Assembly (NCBI GenBank): GCA_049968235.1
Contig: JBMFRC010000014.1
Span: 12,152-76,151, forward strand
Origin: Candidatus Hydrogenedens sp.
GTDB taxonomy: Bacteria; Hydrogenedentota; Hydrogenedentia; Hydrogenedentales; Hydrogenedentaceae
DNA: 64,000 nucleotides
Direction of reading: 5' to 3'
Below the pieces are notes generated by a model. That model searched no databases, was not told the origin of the DNA, and saw only the letters and a program-made list of their open reading frames with translations. Numbering within the stretch: the stretch's first letter is position 1; every line of letters starts with the position of its first letter. Positions 31,795 to 42,503 of this stretch are shown here, one piece after another. Both the position numbers and the translations under genes were made by a program.

Positions 31795-33201
31795 ATGGAA
31801 AAGAGAATGAGTTTCTTAATGAGATTATTATTAGTCCTTTCATTTTTAATTTTTCCTTGTTTGAGTTATGCAGAAGATGGGGAAGGAGGAGATGTTATTA
31901 CACAGAAAATAATTTTAGATACACTATGGGTTCTTATTACTGCCTTTCTTGTATTCTGGATGAATGCAGGATTTGCCTGTGTAGAAGCGGGATTTTGCAG
32001 AGCTAAAAATGCTGTAAATATTCTTACTGAAAATTTTGTTGTTTTTGGAATAACTCTGGTATGTTTTTGGGCAGTAGGCTTTGCATTAATGTTTAGTGAT
32101 GGAAATCCGTTTATAGGACTTAAAGGATTTTTCCTATTGGGTGCGGATAATAGCCCCTCCATAAGAGATTTTTATAAGGGAGTATATAAATCTTTGAACT
32201 GGACAGGCGTTCCTTTAGAAGCCAAGTTTTTCTTTCAGGTTGTTTTTTGCGGTACAGCGGCGACTATTGTTTCGGGTGCAGTAGCAGAAAGGATTCGTTT
32301 TTCTGCTTTTCTTTTATTTTCTGTGGTTATATCTGCTGTGATTTATCCTGTTGCAGGGCACTGGATATGGGGAGGCGGTTGGTTAAGTTCGTTTTTGAAT
32401 GTCGGATTTAAGGACTTTGCAGGTTCTACAGTAGTTCATTCGGTTGGGGGATGGTCTGCTTTAGTAGGAGCATGGTTATTAGGTCCTCGTTTGGGCAAGT
32501 ATGGGAAAAAAGGGGAAATTTCCCCTATTCCCGGACATAATCTGGCATTGGCAACATTGGGAGCATTAATTTTATGGTTAGGATGGTTTGGATTTAATCC
32601 AGGGAGTACGATGGAAGCAAATCCTATTAAAATTGCCCATGTTGCATTAACGACTGCAATGTCAGCGAGTATAGGAATCGTTGCATCTTGTTTGTATGCA
32701 TGGATTCGGTTAGGAAAGCCTGATTTAACTATGATAATAAACGGTTCCTTAGCGGGTCTGGTGGCTATTACCGCACCGTGTGATGGTGTGAGTATTTTTG
32801 GAAGTCTGCTCATCGGAGTTATTGCAGGTTTTATTGTCGTAGAAAGTGTTTTGTTTTTTGACCGTATTAAAATAGACGACCCCGTAGGTGCTATTTCCGT
32901 ACATCTTGTTAATGGTATCTGGGGAACTTTAGCAGTTGGGTTATTTGATGTAGATAAGGGATTATTTTATGGTGGAGGTTATAAATTATTACTTGTTCAG
33001 TTTGTAGGTGTTGTATCTGTCGGACTTTTTGTCTTGTGTTCTGCTACGGTTGCATGGTTACTCATCCGTATGATATTAGGTTTAAGAGTTAATGCTAACG
33101 AAGAATATTTAGGTCTGGATAAAAGTGAAATGGGATTGGAGGCATATCCTGAAGAACGGGTTATACCGGAATACACAATAGCACAAGACGCATATATGTA
33201 A
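31795..33201 (+). CDS. amt: Ammonium transporter (Amt family) with signal peptide
   Basis: Amt signature regions (DTLWVLITAFLVFWMNAGFACVEAGF, WGGGW..., VHLVNGIWGTLAVGLF). Confidence 0.9.
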   Translation: MEKRMSFLMRLLLVLSFLIFPCLSYAEDGEGGDVITQKIILDTLWVLITAFLVFWMNAGFACVEAGFCRAKNAVNILTENFVVFGITLVCFWAVGFALMFSDGNPFIGLKGFFLLGADNSPSIRDFYKGVYKSLNWTGVPLEAKFFFQVVFCGTAATIVSGAVAERIRFSAFLLFSVVISAVIYPVAGHWIWGGGWLSSFLNVGFKDFAGSTVVHSVGGWSALVGAWLLGPRLGKYGKKGEISPIPGHNLALATLGALILWLGWFGFNPGSTMEANPIKIAHVALTTAMSASIGIVASCLYAWIRLGKPDLTMIINGSLAGLVAITAPCDGVSIFGSLLIGVIAGFIVVESVLFFDRIKIDDPVGAISVHLVNGIWGTLAVGLFDVDKGLFYGGGYKLLLVQFVGVVSVGLFVLCSATVAWLLIRMILGLRVNANEEYLGLDKSEMGLEAYPEERVIPEYTIAQDAYM

Positions 33202-33704
33202 TTAATGAAATTTTAACATATAAAAAGTATTTTGCGGTTTTTGCAAGAAGTGGATTCCAGTTATATAAAAAGGAAAGGGACAATCCGTTGTTTGATATTA
33301 ATTTCCTATTACCGTGCAATGACCATTTTCGCTATAGGAAATGTGTGATAGTCATCATAGTTAAAAACTGAATTAACCGAAGTAAATTGATTATCCCGTC
33401 TTGTGCTTATAATCGGAACTGTGGGGATTATGATTTTTATATCCACCTCGATAAAATTCCCCTTGAAAGAATTTAATTATATTCCTATAGGAATAAAGTC
33501 AGAGCCACCATTCCAATTCATGTATGTATTATCAGTATTACTGGCAATCCATATTTTTCGTTTAGAGGAAAAGATGAATCATTTTCCTATTTATATTATA
33601 CTCCCTTCTTTTATGTTGTTGTGGGTATAAACAATCGTTTTTATTTTCGTTTTGTTTTTTTTCTTTTTTAATAAATATTGATGAAAAAAGTTGCTTTTTT
33701 ATAC

Positions 33705-33732
33705 TATATATAGTATTCTATATATAGTATTC
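33705..33732 (+). repeat. Perfect 14-bp tandem direct repeat (tatatatagtattc x2) 15 bp upstream of murC
   Basis: Read directly at 33705-33718 and 33719-33732. Confidence 0.7.
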
Positions 33733-33746
33733 AAGGATAGTCGAAG

Positions 33747-35183
33747 ATGAACGGCGTTAAACGAAAAATACATTTTGTCGGTGTCGGTGGTATTGGAATG
33801 AGCGGTCTTGCAGAAATTCTGCTCAATCTCGGGTATGAAGTTTCCGGTTCCGATTTAAAATCCTCTGAAATTGTTGAACGACTGATAAGTTATGGATTGA
33901 AATTCTACGAGGGACATGCTTCTGAGCATGTAAAGAACGCAGGAATTGTAGTTCGTTCCGCTGCTGTTTCGGATGATAATATTGAGATAATTACAGCTCG
34001 GCAGTTGGGTATTCCTGTAATTCATCGTAGTGATTTACTTGCTGACCTGATTCGTCTCAAACCTAATGCTATAGCGGTAGGTGGAACTCATGGTAAAACT
34101 ACAACAACATCCATGATAGCCTCGTTTTTAGAGCATGCTAACATCGGTGCTACAAGCATAGTCGGTGGGATATTACACCGTAGTGGCACGAATGCTCGTT
34201 GGGGAACTGGAAATTATCTCGTAGCAGAGGCGGATGAGCATGATGGTTCGTTTTTGAGATTACATCCAACGATAGCGGTTGTAACAAGTATTGATGCAGA
34301 GCATCTGGAATATTATGGAACATTAGACCGTATCAAAAAAGCCTTTATTGATTTTTGCAATGATGTTCCATTTTATGGTTATTCAATTCTTTGTGGTGAT
34401 GACCCGAATATAAAATCTATTATTCCAGAGATTGAAAGTGTCTGTATCACTTATGGATTGGAGGAGCATTGTTCTTTGCGTGGGATAGATGTAAGAATAG
34501 AAGTTCCTCCCAAAAAAGATTCCATTCGAGATTTCCTTGCGGGGATTAAAACACGGTTTACAGTAATAAGTCAGGATGAAAAGTTAGGTGTTAAGGGGAG
34601 ATTGGGGGAATTAACCATTCATACATTAGGTATTCATAATGTTCGTAATGCTTTGGGTGCGTGTGCTGTTGGTATTTGTTTAGGACTTCGTTTCGGGTTG
34701 ATTATGGATGGGCTATATCAATTTGCTGGTGTGCAAAGAAGACTTCAGTTCTGTGGAGAAGAAAAGGGCATTGCGGTTGTTGAAGATTATGCACATCATC
34801 CCACAGAAATAGCGAGTACAATGGAAGCTCTTCAATGGATAGAACCGCAACGACTGATTGTTGTTTTTCAACCGCATCTATATAGTAGAACGAGATTTTT
34901 TGCAGAAGATTTTGCTCGTGTTTTATCGAAAGCCGATATGGCAGTTATAACAGATATTTATGCTTCGCGTGAAACTCCTATCAATGGAGTAACTTCGGAT
35001 TTGATTGTCGATTCTGCCCGAGAACAGGGAGCCAATAATGTGTTTCTTGTCCGAGATATGTATGAAGTTCCTGATTTCTTGATAAAGCATATAAAATTAG
35101 GTGATGTAGTTCTTATCCTAGGTGCTGGAAATATCAATAAAATTGCAGAACCGCTTCTTAAAAAGATACAGGGATTAGTATAA
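33747..35183 (+). CDS. murC: UDP-N-acetylmuramate--L-alanine ligase
   Basis: IHFVGVGGIGMSGLAEIL, GTHGKTTTTSM and Mur ligase C-terminal blocks. Confidence 0.9.
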   Translation: MNGVKRKIHFVGVGGIGMSGLAEILLNLGYEVSGSDLKSSEIVERLISYGLKFYEGHASEHVKNAGIVVRSAAVSDDNIEIITARQLGIPVIHRSDLLADLIRLKPNAIAVGGTHGKTTTTSMIASFLEHANIGATSIVGGILHRSGTNARWGTGNYLVAEADEHDGSFLRLHPTIAVVTSIDAEHLEYYGTLDRIKKAFIDFCNDVPFYGYSILCGDDPNIKSIIPEIESVCITYGLEEHCSLRGIDVRIEVPPKKDSIRDFLAGIKTRFTVISQDEKLGVKGRLGELTIHTLGIHNVRNALGACAVGICLGLRFGLIMDGLYQFAGVQRRLQFCGEEKGIAVVEDYAHHPTEIASTMEALQWIEPQRLIVVFQPHLYSRTRFFAEDFARVLSKADMAVITDIYASRETPINGVTSDLIVDSAREQGANNVFLVRDMYEVPDFLIKHIKLGDVVLILGAGNINKIAEPLLKKIQGLV

Positions 35184-36008
35184 ATGGCTAAGGTTCATTT
35201 AATCACTTCACCCTTTGCAGGTGCACAGCCCAGGAAAAGACAAAATACTCGTATTCGAAAAGGAAAATCTATTTTCAGTAGTGTAATTGCAAATTTGCTT
35301 AAGATAGTATGTTTTCTGCCTCTATTTGTATTATTTTCACTTGTTTTTAGATTGGTAGATGACCCGAGATATAGAGTAAAAGAAATTCAAATTGATGGTT
35401 TGAAATACTTTTCCGATGTAGAGGTAAAAAAAAGTGTGGATATGTTTTTAAATTGTAAAATTATTTCATTAAATACGGATGATGTAAAACATAAATTAAA
35501 TCAGATTCCTTTTATTGAAGATTGTTCTGTAGAAAAGGATACGAAATTGGGAAAGATTATCATTCATGTCCAAGAAATGTCCCCTTATGCTACGCTTTTT
35601 ATTGATGACCAGATGTTTCTTATTTCGCATACAGGTAAAATATTAAAGAAAATAATGAATATTAAAGAAGCGGTAGGTCCCTTGATAACGGGAGTATCAC
35701 GACAGAATATTTTGGAACCTGGTGCTTACATAAATGATGAAAATCTATGGTCTGCACTCAACTTCTGGTATGAATATAATCAGGTGCCTAAAAATAAAGA
35801 TATAAGGATATCTGAGATTGTAATTGACACTCATGAAAATTTGAAAGTATTTTTTGATGAAATTCCCTGCGAAACAAGGTGGAAAACGGAAAACTTAAAA
35901 CGGCAAATTCAGAATTTTTCAATAGCCTTAAATAAAGTAGATATAACTCAAATTCAATGTAATGAATATATAGATATGAGATTTAATGATGATATTATTT
36001 ATAAATAG
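35184..36008 (+). CDS. ftsQ: Cell division protein FtsQ/DivIB-like (POTRA domain)
   Basis: Cytoplasmic basic N-terminus, one TM helix and a POTRA-like region (VKEIQIDGLKYFSDVEV). Sits between murC and ftsZ. Confidence 0.7.
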   Translation: MAKVHLITSPFAGAQPRKRQNTRIRKGKSIFSSVIANLLKIVCFLPLFVLFSLVFRLVDDPRYRVKEIQIDGLKYFSDVEVKKSVDMFLNCKIISLNTDDVKHKLNQIPFIEDCSVEKDTKLGKIIIHVQEMSPYATLFIDDQMFLISHTGKILKKIMNIKEAVGPLITGVSRQNILEPGAYINDENLWSALNFWYEYNQVPKNKDIRISEIVIDTHENLKVFFDEIPCETRWKTENLKRQIQNFSIALNKVDITQIQCNEYIDMRFNDDIIYK

Positions 36009-36072
36009 GAGAATTTGAAGTAACAAAACCATTAAAATATACACATGGGACGCACCCCTGGAGGATAAGTTT

Positions 36073-37422
36073 ATGACACAGCGTTTTACATTACTAGATT
36101 CAGATGATTTCGGTAAAGAACCTGACAACAAAAAGGTTGGGAAGGTGAGTAATCCGGGTTCAGTGGTAGGCTTTTCAGGTGTAATGTCTGGGAAGGAAGA
36201 GTTTCCCGGTAAGAAAATCCTTATTAAAGTTTGTGGTGTAGGCGGAGGAGGAGGAAATGCCATTGAACGGATGATAGAACAAAAGATGGAAGAGGTGGAT
36301 TTCATTGCTATTAACACCGATGCTCAGGCATTGTCCAAATCTACCGCTCCTATCAAGATACAGATAGGTGTAGGTATCACAGGAGGATTGGGAGCGGGTT
36401 CTCTTCCGGACTGTGGTGCTTGTGCGGCAGAAGAGGACCGGGAAACCATCCGTGAGGCTTTGGAAGGAGCCCACATGGTTTTCTTGACTTCGGGAATGGG
36501 TGGAGGAACAGGAACAGGTGCGGCTCCCATTGTGGCTGAAATTGCCAAGGATTTAGGTGCCCTTACCGTGGCGGTTGTTACTTTACCGTTTGAGTTTGAA
36601 GGTCCGGTAAGGAAACGAAATGCGTATGAAGGGATACAGAGGTTAAGAGAACATGTAGATGCTTTAATTACCATTCCGAATGACCGTGTATCAACATTAA
36701 AAGATTTGACTGTAAAAGAAGCATTTTTGAAAGTAGATGAGGTTTTGCATAATGGAATACGTGCAATAACTGACCTTATCAAGATTCCTCAACTTATCAA
36801 TATTGATTTTGCAGATGTGCGTACAATTCTTCAAAATAGTGGGAAAGCCCATCTGGGTATTGGTTTGGCTCGAGGGGAAAAAAGACCGGAGGAAGCGGTC
36901 CTTCGTGCTATTGAATGTAATTTACTAGATACAAAAAGTGTAGTTGGAGCCAAAGGGGCTATATTAAATATTCATGGTGGTTCTGATATGAAAATGGCAG
37001 AAGTGCTTCGTGCAGGTGATAAATTGAGAGAAATGTTGGGCCCTGATGCGAATGTGATATTTGGTGCAATGATAAGTGAAGGAGAAAGAGAAGATATTTG
37101 TGTTACAGTTATTGCTGCAGGTTTTCCGGAAGAACAAAAATCAAGTGAATTTATTCCATCCGCAATTACTAATATTACCAAAGAACAACAGGTTACTTCT
37201 TCAATATCTTCTATAAATAAAGGGGATACGCTACAGATAAAAGAGAAGAAAGAAGAAGCAATTCCTAAGGAAGAAAAGAAACCGGAGCATGGAGAAGAAC
37301 TCTTTTCTAAAGAAGAATTGAAAAAAGCAAATGAAACACCACCCAAAAAAGATGAAAAACCAACTTTAGACCCGAAACCTCCATGGCTTCGTCAATTTTT
37401 TGAAAAAAACTCGGATAGATGA
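36073..37422 (+). CDS. ftsZ: Cell division GTPase FtsZ (with ~45-aa N-terminal extension and long acidic/basic C-terminal tail)
   Basis: GVGGGGGNA, FLTSGMGGGTGTGAAP (tubulin signature) and NDRV... Confidence 0.9.
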   Translation: MTQRFTLLDSDDFGKEPDNKKVGKVSNPGSVVGFSGVMSGKEEFPGKKILIKVCGVGGGGGNAIERMIEQKMEEVDFIAINTDAQALSKSTAPIKIQIGVGITGGLGAGSLPDCGACAAEEDRETIREALEGAHMVFLTSGMGGGTGTGAAPIVAEIAKDLGALTVAVVTLPFEFEGPVRKRNAYEGIQRLREHVDALITIPNDRVSTLKDLTVKEAFLKVDEVLHNGIRAITDLIKIPQLINIDFADVRTILQNSGKAHLGIGLARGEKRPEEAVLRAIECNLLDTKSVVGAKGAILNIHGGSDMKMAEVLRAGDKLREMLGPDANVIFGAMISEGEREDICVTVIAAGFPEEQKSSEFIPSAITNITKEQQVTSSISSINKGDTLQIKEKKEEAIPKEEKKPEHGEELFSKEELKKANETPPKKDEKPTLDPKPPWLRQFFEKNSDR

Positions 37423-37435
37423 CAAAAGGTTTTTT

Positions 37436-38548
37436 ATGAGCATATCACCTGTTCGGAACGAGTTTATAAAACTCTTACAACGCGCTATTCAAAAAGATGC
37501 TTCAGATATACATTTAAAAACGGGAAGTCCTCCTTATTTCCGCGTGAATGGAGAATTATCCCCGATAGGTGAAGAACCTATATATCCCGAAACTATGTCT
37601 CAAATCTTGAGTGTTATGCTCAACGATGAACAGATGCGTATTTTTTCTCAACGGGGAGATTTAGATTTTGCTTTTTCAGAAAAAGGAGTAGGCCGTTTTC
37701 GTGTGAGTATTTTCCGTCAGAGGGGAACGATTTCCTGTGTAATGCGGAAAATTAAAACCCGTATTCAGACTTTTGAAGAATTACATCTTCCCCCTCAGAT
37801 AGTGCGATTTACCGAGTTACAACGAGGATTAATTTTAATTGCAGGGACTACAGGCAGTGGAAAATCAACTACCCTTGCAGCAATTGTGGAATATATTAAT
37901 CAAACACGTCCGTGTCATATTATTACTATTGAAGACCCAATAGAATTTATTCATGTAGATAAAAAAGCAGTTATCAATCAACGGGAAGTGTCTATTGATA
38001 CGCATGATTTTAATTCCGCTTTGCGAACGGTGATGAGGCAGGACCCGGATGTAATCGTGATTGGTGAAATGCGAGACCATGAAACTTTCATGGCGGCGGT
38101 AAGTGCAGCCGAAACGGGACACCTTGTTTTTAGCACCTTACATACAACGAATGTAATGCAAACGATGGATCGAATTATTGACTTTTTCCCTACCAATATG
38201 CATGACCAGGTGCGTTCTCAGTTATCACTAAATCTGAAAGCGATTATGTGTATGCGTCTTATTCCGCGTGCAGATGGGCGTGGTCGGGTGCCTGCATGTG
38301 AGATTTTATTTAATACACCGATTGTCCGAAAATTAATAAAAGAAAATCGTATGACTCAAATGGATACAGTTCTTCAACAGGGGAAGGAAGAAGGTATGCA
38401 AACTTTTAACGATAGCCTTTTTCAATTAGTAAAGGAATCTCTCATTACACTGGATATGGCTATTGATATGTCGGACAATCCGGAAGAACTTCAGATGATG
38501 TTGCAGGGGATACGATTAAGTTCCCGACGGGGAAGTATCCTTAAATAG
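37436..38548 (+). CDS. pilT: Type IV pilus retraction ATPase PilT
   Basis: Walker A GTTGSGKST, PilT-specific AIRNLIRE-like blocks and the HLVFSTLHT His box. ATG at 37436 is 14 nt after the ftsZ stop (the table ORF begins at TTG 37400). Confidence 0.85.
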   Translation: MSISPVRNEFIKLLQRAIQKDASDIHLKTGSPPYFRVNGELSPIGEEPIYPETMSQILSVMLNDEQMRIFSQRGDLDFAFSEKGVGRFRVSIFRQRGTISCVMRKIKTRIQTFEELHLPPQIVRFTELQRGLILIAGTTGSGKSTTLAAIVEYINQTRPCHIITIEDPIEFIHVDKKAVINQREVSIDTHDFNSALRTVMRQDPDVIVIGEMRDHETFMAAVSAAETGHLVFSTLHTTNVMQTMDRIIDFFPTNMHDQVRSQLSLNLKAIMCMRLIPRADGRGRVPACEILFNTPIVRKLIKENRMTQMDTVLQQGKEEGMQTFNDSLFQLVKESLITLDMAIDMSDNPEELQMMLQGIRLSSRRGSILK

Positions 38549-41500
38549 CCGAATCTATGTCAGGATATTGCTCTTCTAAAAGTTCGATGAATTCTTCCAG
38601 TGTTTCAATTAGTTTTTCAAATTGGCTCTTAATATGTGTATTATCAATATTTTTTAGGTCTTTCGTTGCTTCCTCTATTTCCTTTGTTATTTGGGCTACT
38701 CTAATTGCTCCCAAATTGCTTGTAGAACCTTTAATTGTATGTATTGTTTTATGAAAACCTTCAAAGTCTTTGTTCTCAAGTTGTATCCGTGCTTGATGTA
38801 AATAGGTAGGAATGTTCTCTAAAAATACTTTTATTACCGACAGGAGTAAATTGTAGTCATTATCCATACGGTTTAACACCGCCGTTTTGTCAAATATAGA
38901 AGAAGATTGAGTTACGGAGTTTAATTCCGTAGAAGATGGGAAAGACGAATATCTTTGTGCAAGTATTTTCGTAACTGTTTTTACAAGTTTTTCAGGATGT
39001 ATAGGTTTGGTAAGGTAATCGTCCATTCCAATCTCTAAACAATAATTTTTCTTTTCTTCAAAAGCATAAGCAGTCAGTGCAATAATCGGAATATGATTCT
39101 CTGTTTGTGATTCCATTTCCCGTATTTTTTGGGTCGTCTGGATGCCATCCATATCTGGCATTTCTACATCCATTAGGATTAAATGATACTGCTCTTTTTG
39201 AATTTTTTCCAAAACTTCATTACCGGATTGTGCAACATCTACTTGATATCCTCTTCGGGTTAAAAATTCCTTCATCACGGTTTGGTTTATAGGATTATCT
39301 TCTGCTAACAAAATTCGTATCTTACTAGGGGGTATATTTATGGATATTTCTTCTTTTACATCCGGGAATTCATTTGCAACTACTGTAAGAATATTGGCAA
39401 ATTCATTTTTATCTGTTGGGTAAGGGATTTGAATTTTTATATCTATTTCCTTTGATGATGATAGATTTTCAGGATGGAGCAAAATTACAGGTAAATTGTA
39501 TTGTGAGATTATAGATAGAATATCAGGATTATTATAGTAAGCCTTAATATCGAGCAGAACAACGGTTTCTTTTTTATTGCCTTCCTGTTTGAAATTGTTT
39601 GTAAATTCTTCTGATGACTTAGAAACAATAAGTCGAATACCCCAGGAAAGGATATATTCTTCTATAGTTTTTATTAAACTTTTATTGTTTGTTATTAGAT
39701 ATAATATTTTTTGAGGTGGTACAAATTCTCCATTATCATTTAATAATAGAAGTTTTAATTCAAACCAGAATGCTGTTTTTCCATCTGCTCTTTTTTCTAC
39801 ACCTATTTTTCCTTTCATAAGTTCTACTAACTGCTTACTTATAGTTAAACCTAATCCTGTTCCTTCGAACTTTTTGCCATCAGAGCGATTTGCTTGTCCG
39901 AATGCTTCAAAAATTTGGTCTATTTCAGTTTCCGGGACGCCAATACCAGTATCTGTTACTTCAAAACGAAGTATGACATTATCTATATTTTGTTTTACCA
40001 CATGAATTTCAATGCAAACTTCCCCTTTATCCGTGAACTTGATAGCATTTCCTACAAGATTGATTAATATCTGTTTTATCTTATCAGGGTCTCCAATAAC
40101 CTGTGTTGGAATATCTCGAGATAAAAGGCAACCTAATTCCAAATTTTTATCGTGAGCACGTTGCCAGAACATTTGAATAACATCGTCAGCAATCTGTCGG
40201 GGAAAGAAAGGTTTGTTTTGTACAGAAACATTGCCTGCTTCTATTTTAGATAAATTCAACAAATTGTTGAGTAGCGAAAGCAGAGCCTCCGCATTGGATA
40301 AAGCCATGCTAACGAATTGGAGATTTTGTTCCTCTTTGATACTTTCTTTAAGTAGATGCAAAGCACCAATAATCCCGTTCAGAGGTGTGCGAATCTCGTG
40401 ACTCATATTCGCAAGGAAAAAAGATTTGTATTTATTCGCTATTTCTGCTTTCATTGCTAATCGGTTGGACTGTTCAATGAGTTCTAAAAGTTCTTTATTC
40501 TTTTGTTCTAATATCTCCTTTGCTTTTGTTATCTCCTGTTCCATGCGTCGGTGTTCTGTCAGGTCATTTCCAACACATAGTATTTCTATTATGTTTCCTT
40601 CTTCATCATATAGGGCTTTATTCGACCATGAAATCCATACCCGTTCTCCATTCTTTTTCATGTTTTCATTCTCATTATTGATATATTTTTCCGGATTTTT
40701 ACCAATGTCTAAAATCATTTCTAATAGATTTCTTTGATTGGAATCTGTGAGGGGAACAATAGTCCCCACGACATTTTGTCCAATCAATTCCCCGGGTTTA
40801 TACATGAAAAATTGTTCTGCAAAACGGTTGATGAAAATAATCGTACCATTGGGAGACATGCGCAAAATAATACTATTTACATTTTGCACCAATTGTTCAT
40901 AACGAAGTTCTTCCTTACGCAAAAAGTCCTCAGTTTCTTTTCGCTTGAGAATTTCTTTCTCAAGGTCCATCTGTTGAATCATTACCTGATTTTGAAGGGT
41001 ATTCTGCACAGAACTTAATTCTGTCAATTTCTTATCAATTTCATCAAGAAGTTCATCAATACAGAGACCTAATTGCCCGATTTCGCTCTCCGGGCGTAGA
41101 TTATTTCTGATAGAAAAATTCCGGGTTGTTAATACCAAATCCATATTTTTTATTATTTGTTCTATAGGTCCTATTAGAAGATTAAACATTATCCGTAGGA
41201 GTATAAAAATACCTATGAATGAGAGCACAGAGAGTATTGTTGTTAGTAGAATTTTATTTAATAAAACAGAATATAAGGAATATGTGGGCAGATATAAGTA
41301 AAGAGTTCCAAAATTTTGAGAATTAGTTTTTAAAGGTTTTGAATACCAGATTTTTACATCTCTATAATAAAAGCCTTCTTGAGGTAAATTACTGACTTCC
41401 GGCGACTCTAATAGAAAATCAGAAAGTTCTTTTGTAATGATTTCATCCTTTGATGAAATAAATAAGCCCGTCGTTAAATCATTTTTTTTGCAAGTTTTGT

Positions 41501-41699
41501 AGATTTCTTTTAGAGATTCAAAGTTCCTGTCTATCAGGTGTGATATAGTCAATTCAGATAAAAATTCTGCTCTTTGTTGTAATAGGTACTCTGCATTTTT
41601 TTGAAATATCCGATAATCATAAATTGTTACAATAAGAATGTAGAGTATATGAAAAAGGATAATAGGGATTAAAAGAAATAAATATAATTTGTTCTTCAT
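38541..41699 (-). CDS. Hybrid sensor histidine kinase/response regulator (TM-PAS-HisKA-HATPase-REC-HPt)
   Basis: H-box LANMSHEIRTPLNGIIG, HATPase G-boxes, receiver domain (LLAEDNPINQ...LMDVEMPDMDG) and HPt (HTIKGSTSNLGA). Confidence 0.85.
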   Translation of the reverse strand: MKNKLYLFLLIPIILFHILYILIVTIYDYRIFQKNAEYLLQQRAEFLSELTISHLIDRNFESLKEIYKTCKKNDLTTGLFISSKDEIITKELSDFLLESPEVSNLPQEGFYYRDVKIWYSKPLKTNSQNFGTLYLYLPTYSLYSVLLNKILLTTILSVLSFIGIFILLRIMFNLLIGPIEQIIKNMDLVLTTRNFSIRNNLRPESEIGQLGLCIDELLDEIDKKLTELSSVQNTLQNQVMIQQMDLEKEILKRKETEDFLRKEELRYEQLVQNVNSIILRMSPNGTIIFINRFAEQFFMYKPGELIGQNVVGTIVPLTDSNQRNLLEMILDIGKNPEKYINNENENMKKNGERVWISWSNKALYDEEGNIIEILCVGNDLTEHRRMEQEITKAKEILEQKNKELLELIEQSNRLAMKAEIANKYKSFFLANMSHEIRTPLNGIIGALHLLKESIKEEQNLQFVSMALSNAEALLSLLNNLLNLSKIEAGNVSVQNKPFFPRQIADDVIQMFWQRAHDKNLELGCLLSRDIPTQVIGDPDKIKQILINLVGNAIKFTDKGEVCIEIHVVKQNIDNVILRFEVTDTGIGVPETEIDQIFEAFGQANRSDGKKFEGTGLGLTISKQLVELMKGKIGVEKRADGKTAFWFELKLLLLNDNGEFVPPQKILYLITNNKSLIKTIEEYILSWGIRLIVSKSSEEFTNNFKQEGNKKETVVLLDIKAYYNNPDILSIISQYNLPVILLHPENLSSSKEIDIKIQIPYPTDKNEFANILTVVANEFPDVKEEISINIPPSKIRILLAEDNPINQTVMKEFLTRRGYQVDVAQSGNEVLEKIQKEQYHLILMDVEMPDMDGIQTTQKIREMESQTENHIPIIALTAYAFEEKKNYCLEIGMDDYLTKPIHPEKLVKTVTKILAQRYSSFPSSTELNSVTQSSSIFDKTAVLNRMDNDYNLLLSVIKVFLENIPTYLHQARIQLENKDFEGFHKTIHTIKGSTSNLGAIRVAQITKEIEEATKDLKNIDNTHIKSQFEKLIETLEEFIELLEEQYPDIDSAI

Positions 41700-41840
41700 A
41701 AGCCAATTATAAAAATTATAAATTCTGATTTATAACATAATTGTAATAAACATTTTATATAGAAAAACTTTACCCTTACTCTTATATATTACTACAAATG
41801 AAAGGAAGAAAAAAGCGATTTTTTAATAAATAGGGTTAAT

Positions 41841-42479
41841 TTAAGAGATAGCAGACTTGTATAATTGTGCTGTTTCCGTTATAAGCGTGTAGTTCTCACT
41901 TGCAAGTAATTTTTTGTTTGCCAGGTTCCCCCCCACACCTAAAGCCACAGCCCCAGCCTCTAAAAATTTTCGAGCATTTTCATGATGAATTCCGCCGGTT
42001 GGGACAATTGGCAGATGAGGAAGAGGACCTAAAACCGCTTTGATATATTCAGGACCACCCACACTTGCGGGGAAAAGTTTTACAAAATCAGCACCGGTTT
42101 GCCATGCATGGAATAGTTCTGTAGGAGTGAAGCCTCCACACATACTTACAACACCGTAATTTTTCGCTGTGCTAATTACTTCGGGTAATAATGTGGGTGT
42201 AACAATGAAATCGCTTCCTGCAAGAATGGCTAAACGACAGGTTGTTGTATCGATGACAGTACCAGTTCCTATAAGTATTTCCTTTCCATCCCACTCCTTT
42301 TTTAAACTTTCAATAAGAGTTAATGCTCCGGGGGTGGTCATGGTAATCTCAATACAACGAATTCCCCCTTCAAAAAGGGCATGAACAGCCTTAAAAAAAA
42401 GTTCATGTTTCAAATCTGCACGAATAACGGCTATAATCTTTTCCGATTTGATAAAATCGATTACTTCATCTCTCGACAT
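41841..42479 (-). CDS. eda: KDPG/KHG aldolase
   Basis: IIAVIRAD...GGIRCIEIT...VKLFPA (Schiff-base Lys)...PTGGI. Confidence 0.85.
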   Translation of the reverse strand: MSRDEVIDFIKSEKIIAVIRADLKHELFFKAVHALFEGGIRCIEITMTTPGALTLIESLKKEWDGKEILIGTGTVIDTTTCRLAILAGSDFIVTPTLLPEVISTAKNYGVVSMCGGFTPTELFHAWQTGADFVKLFPASVGGPEYIKAVLGPLPHLPIVPTGGIHHENARKFLEAGAVALGVGGNLANKKLLASENYTLITETAQLYKSAIS

Positions 42480-42503
42480 AACGAAATTCCCTTTTACTGG
42501 AAA

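Noticed and set aside
33403-33630. 75-aa hydrophobic ORF in the amt-murC spacer
   Set aside because: No RBS, odd composition and no motif. It is likely a chance ORF in AT-rich DNA.
36073-37422. Assigning the organism to Planctomycetes on the basis of DUF1559/DUF1080 content
   Set aside because: A canonical FtsZ with tubulin signature is present, which classical planctomycetes lack. The lineage is left as a PVC-like or candidate-phylum inference.
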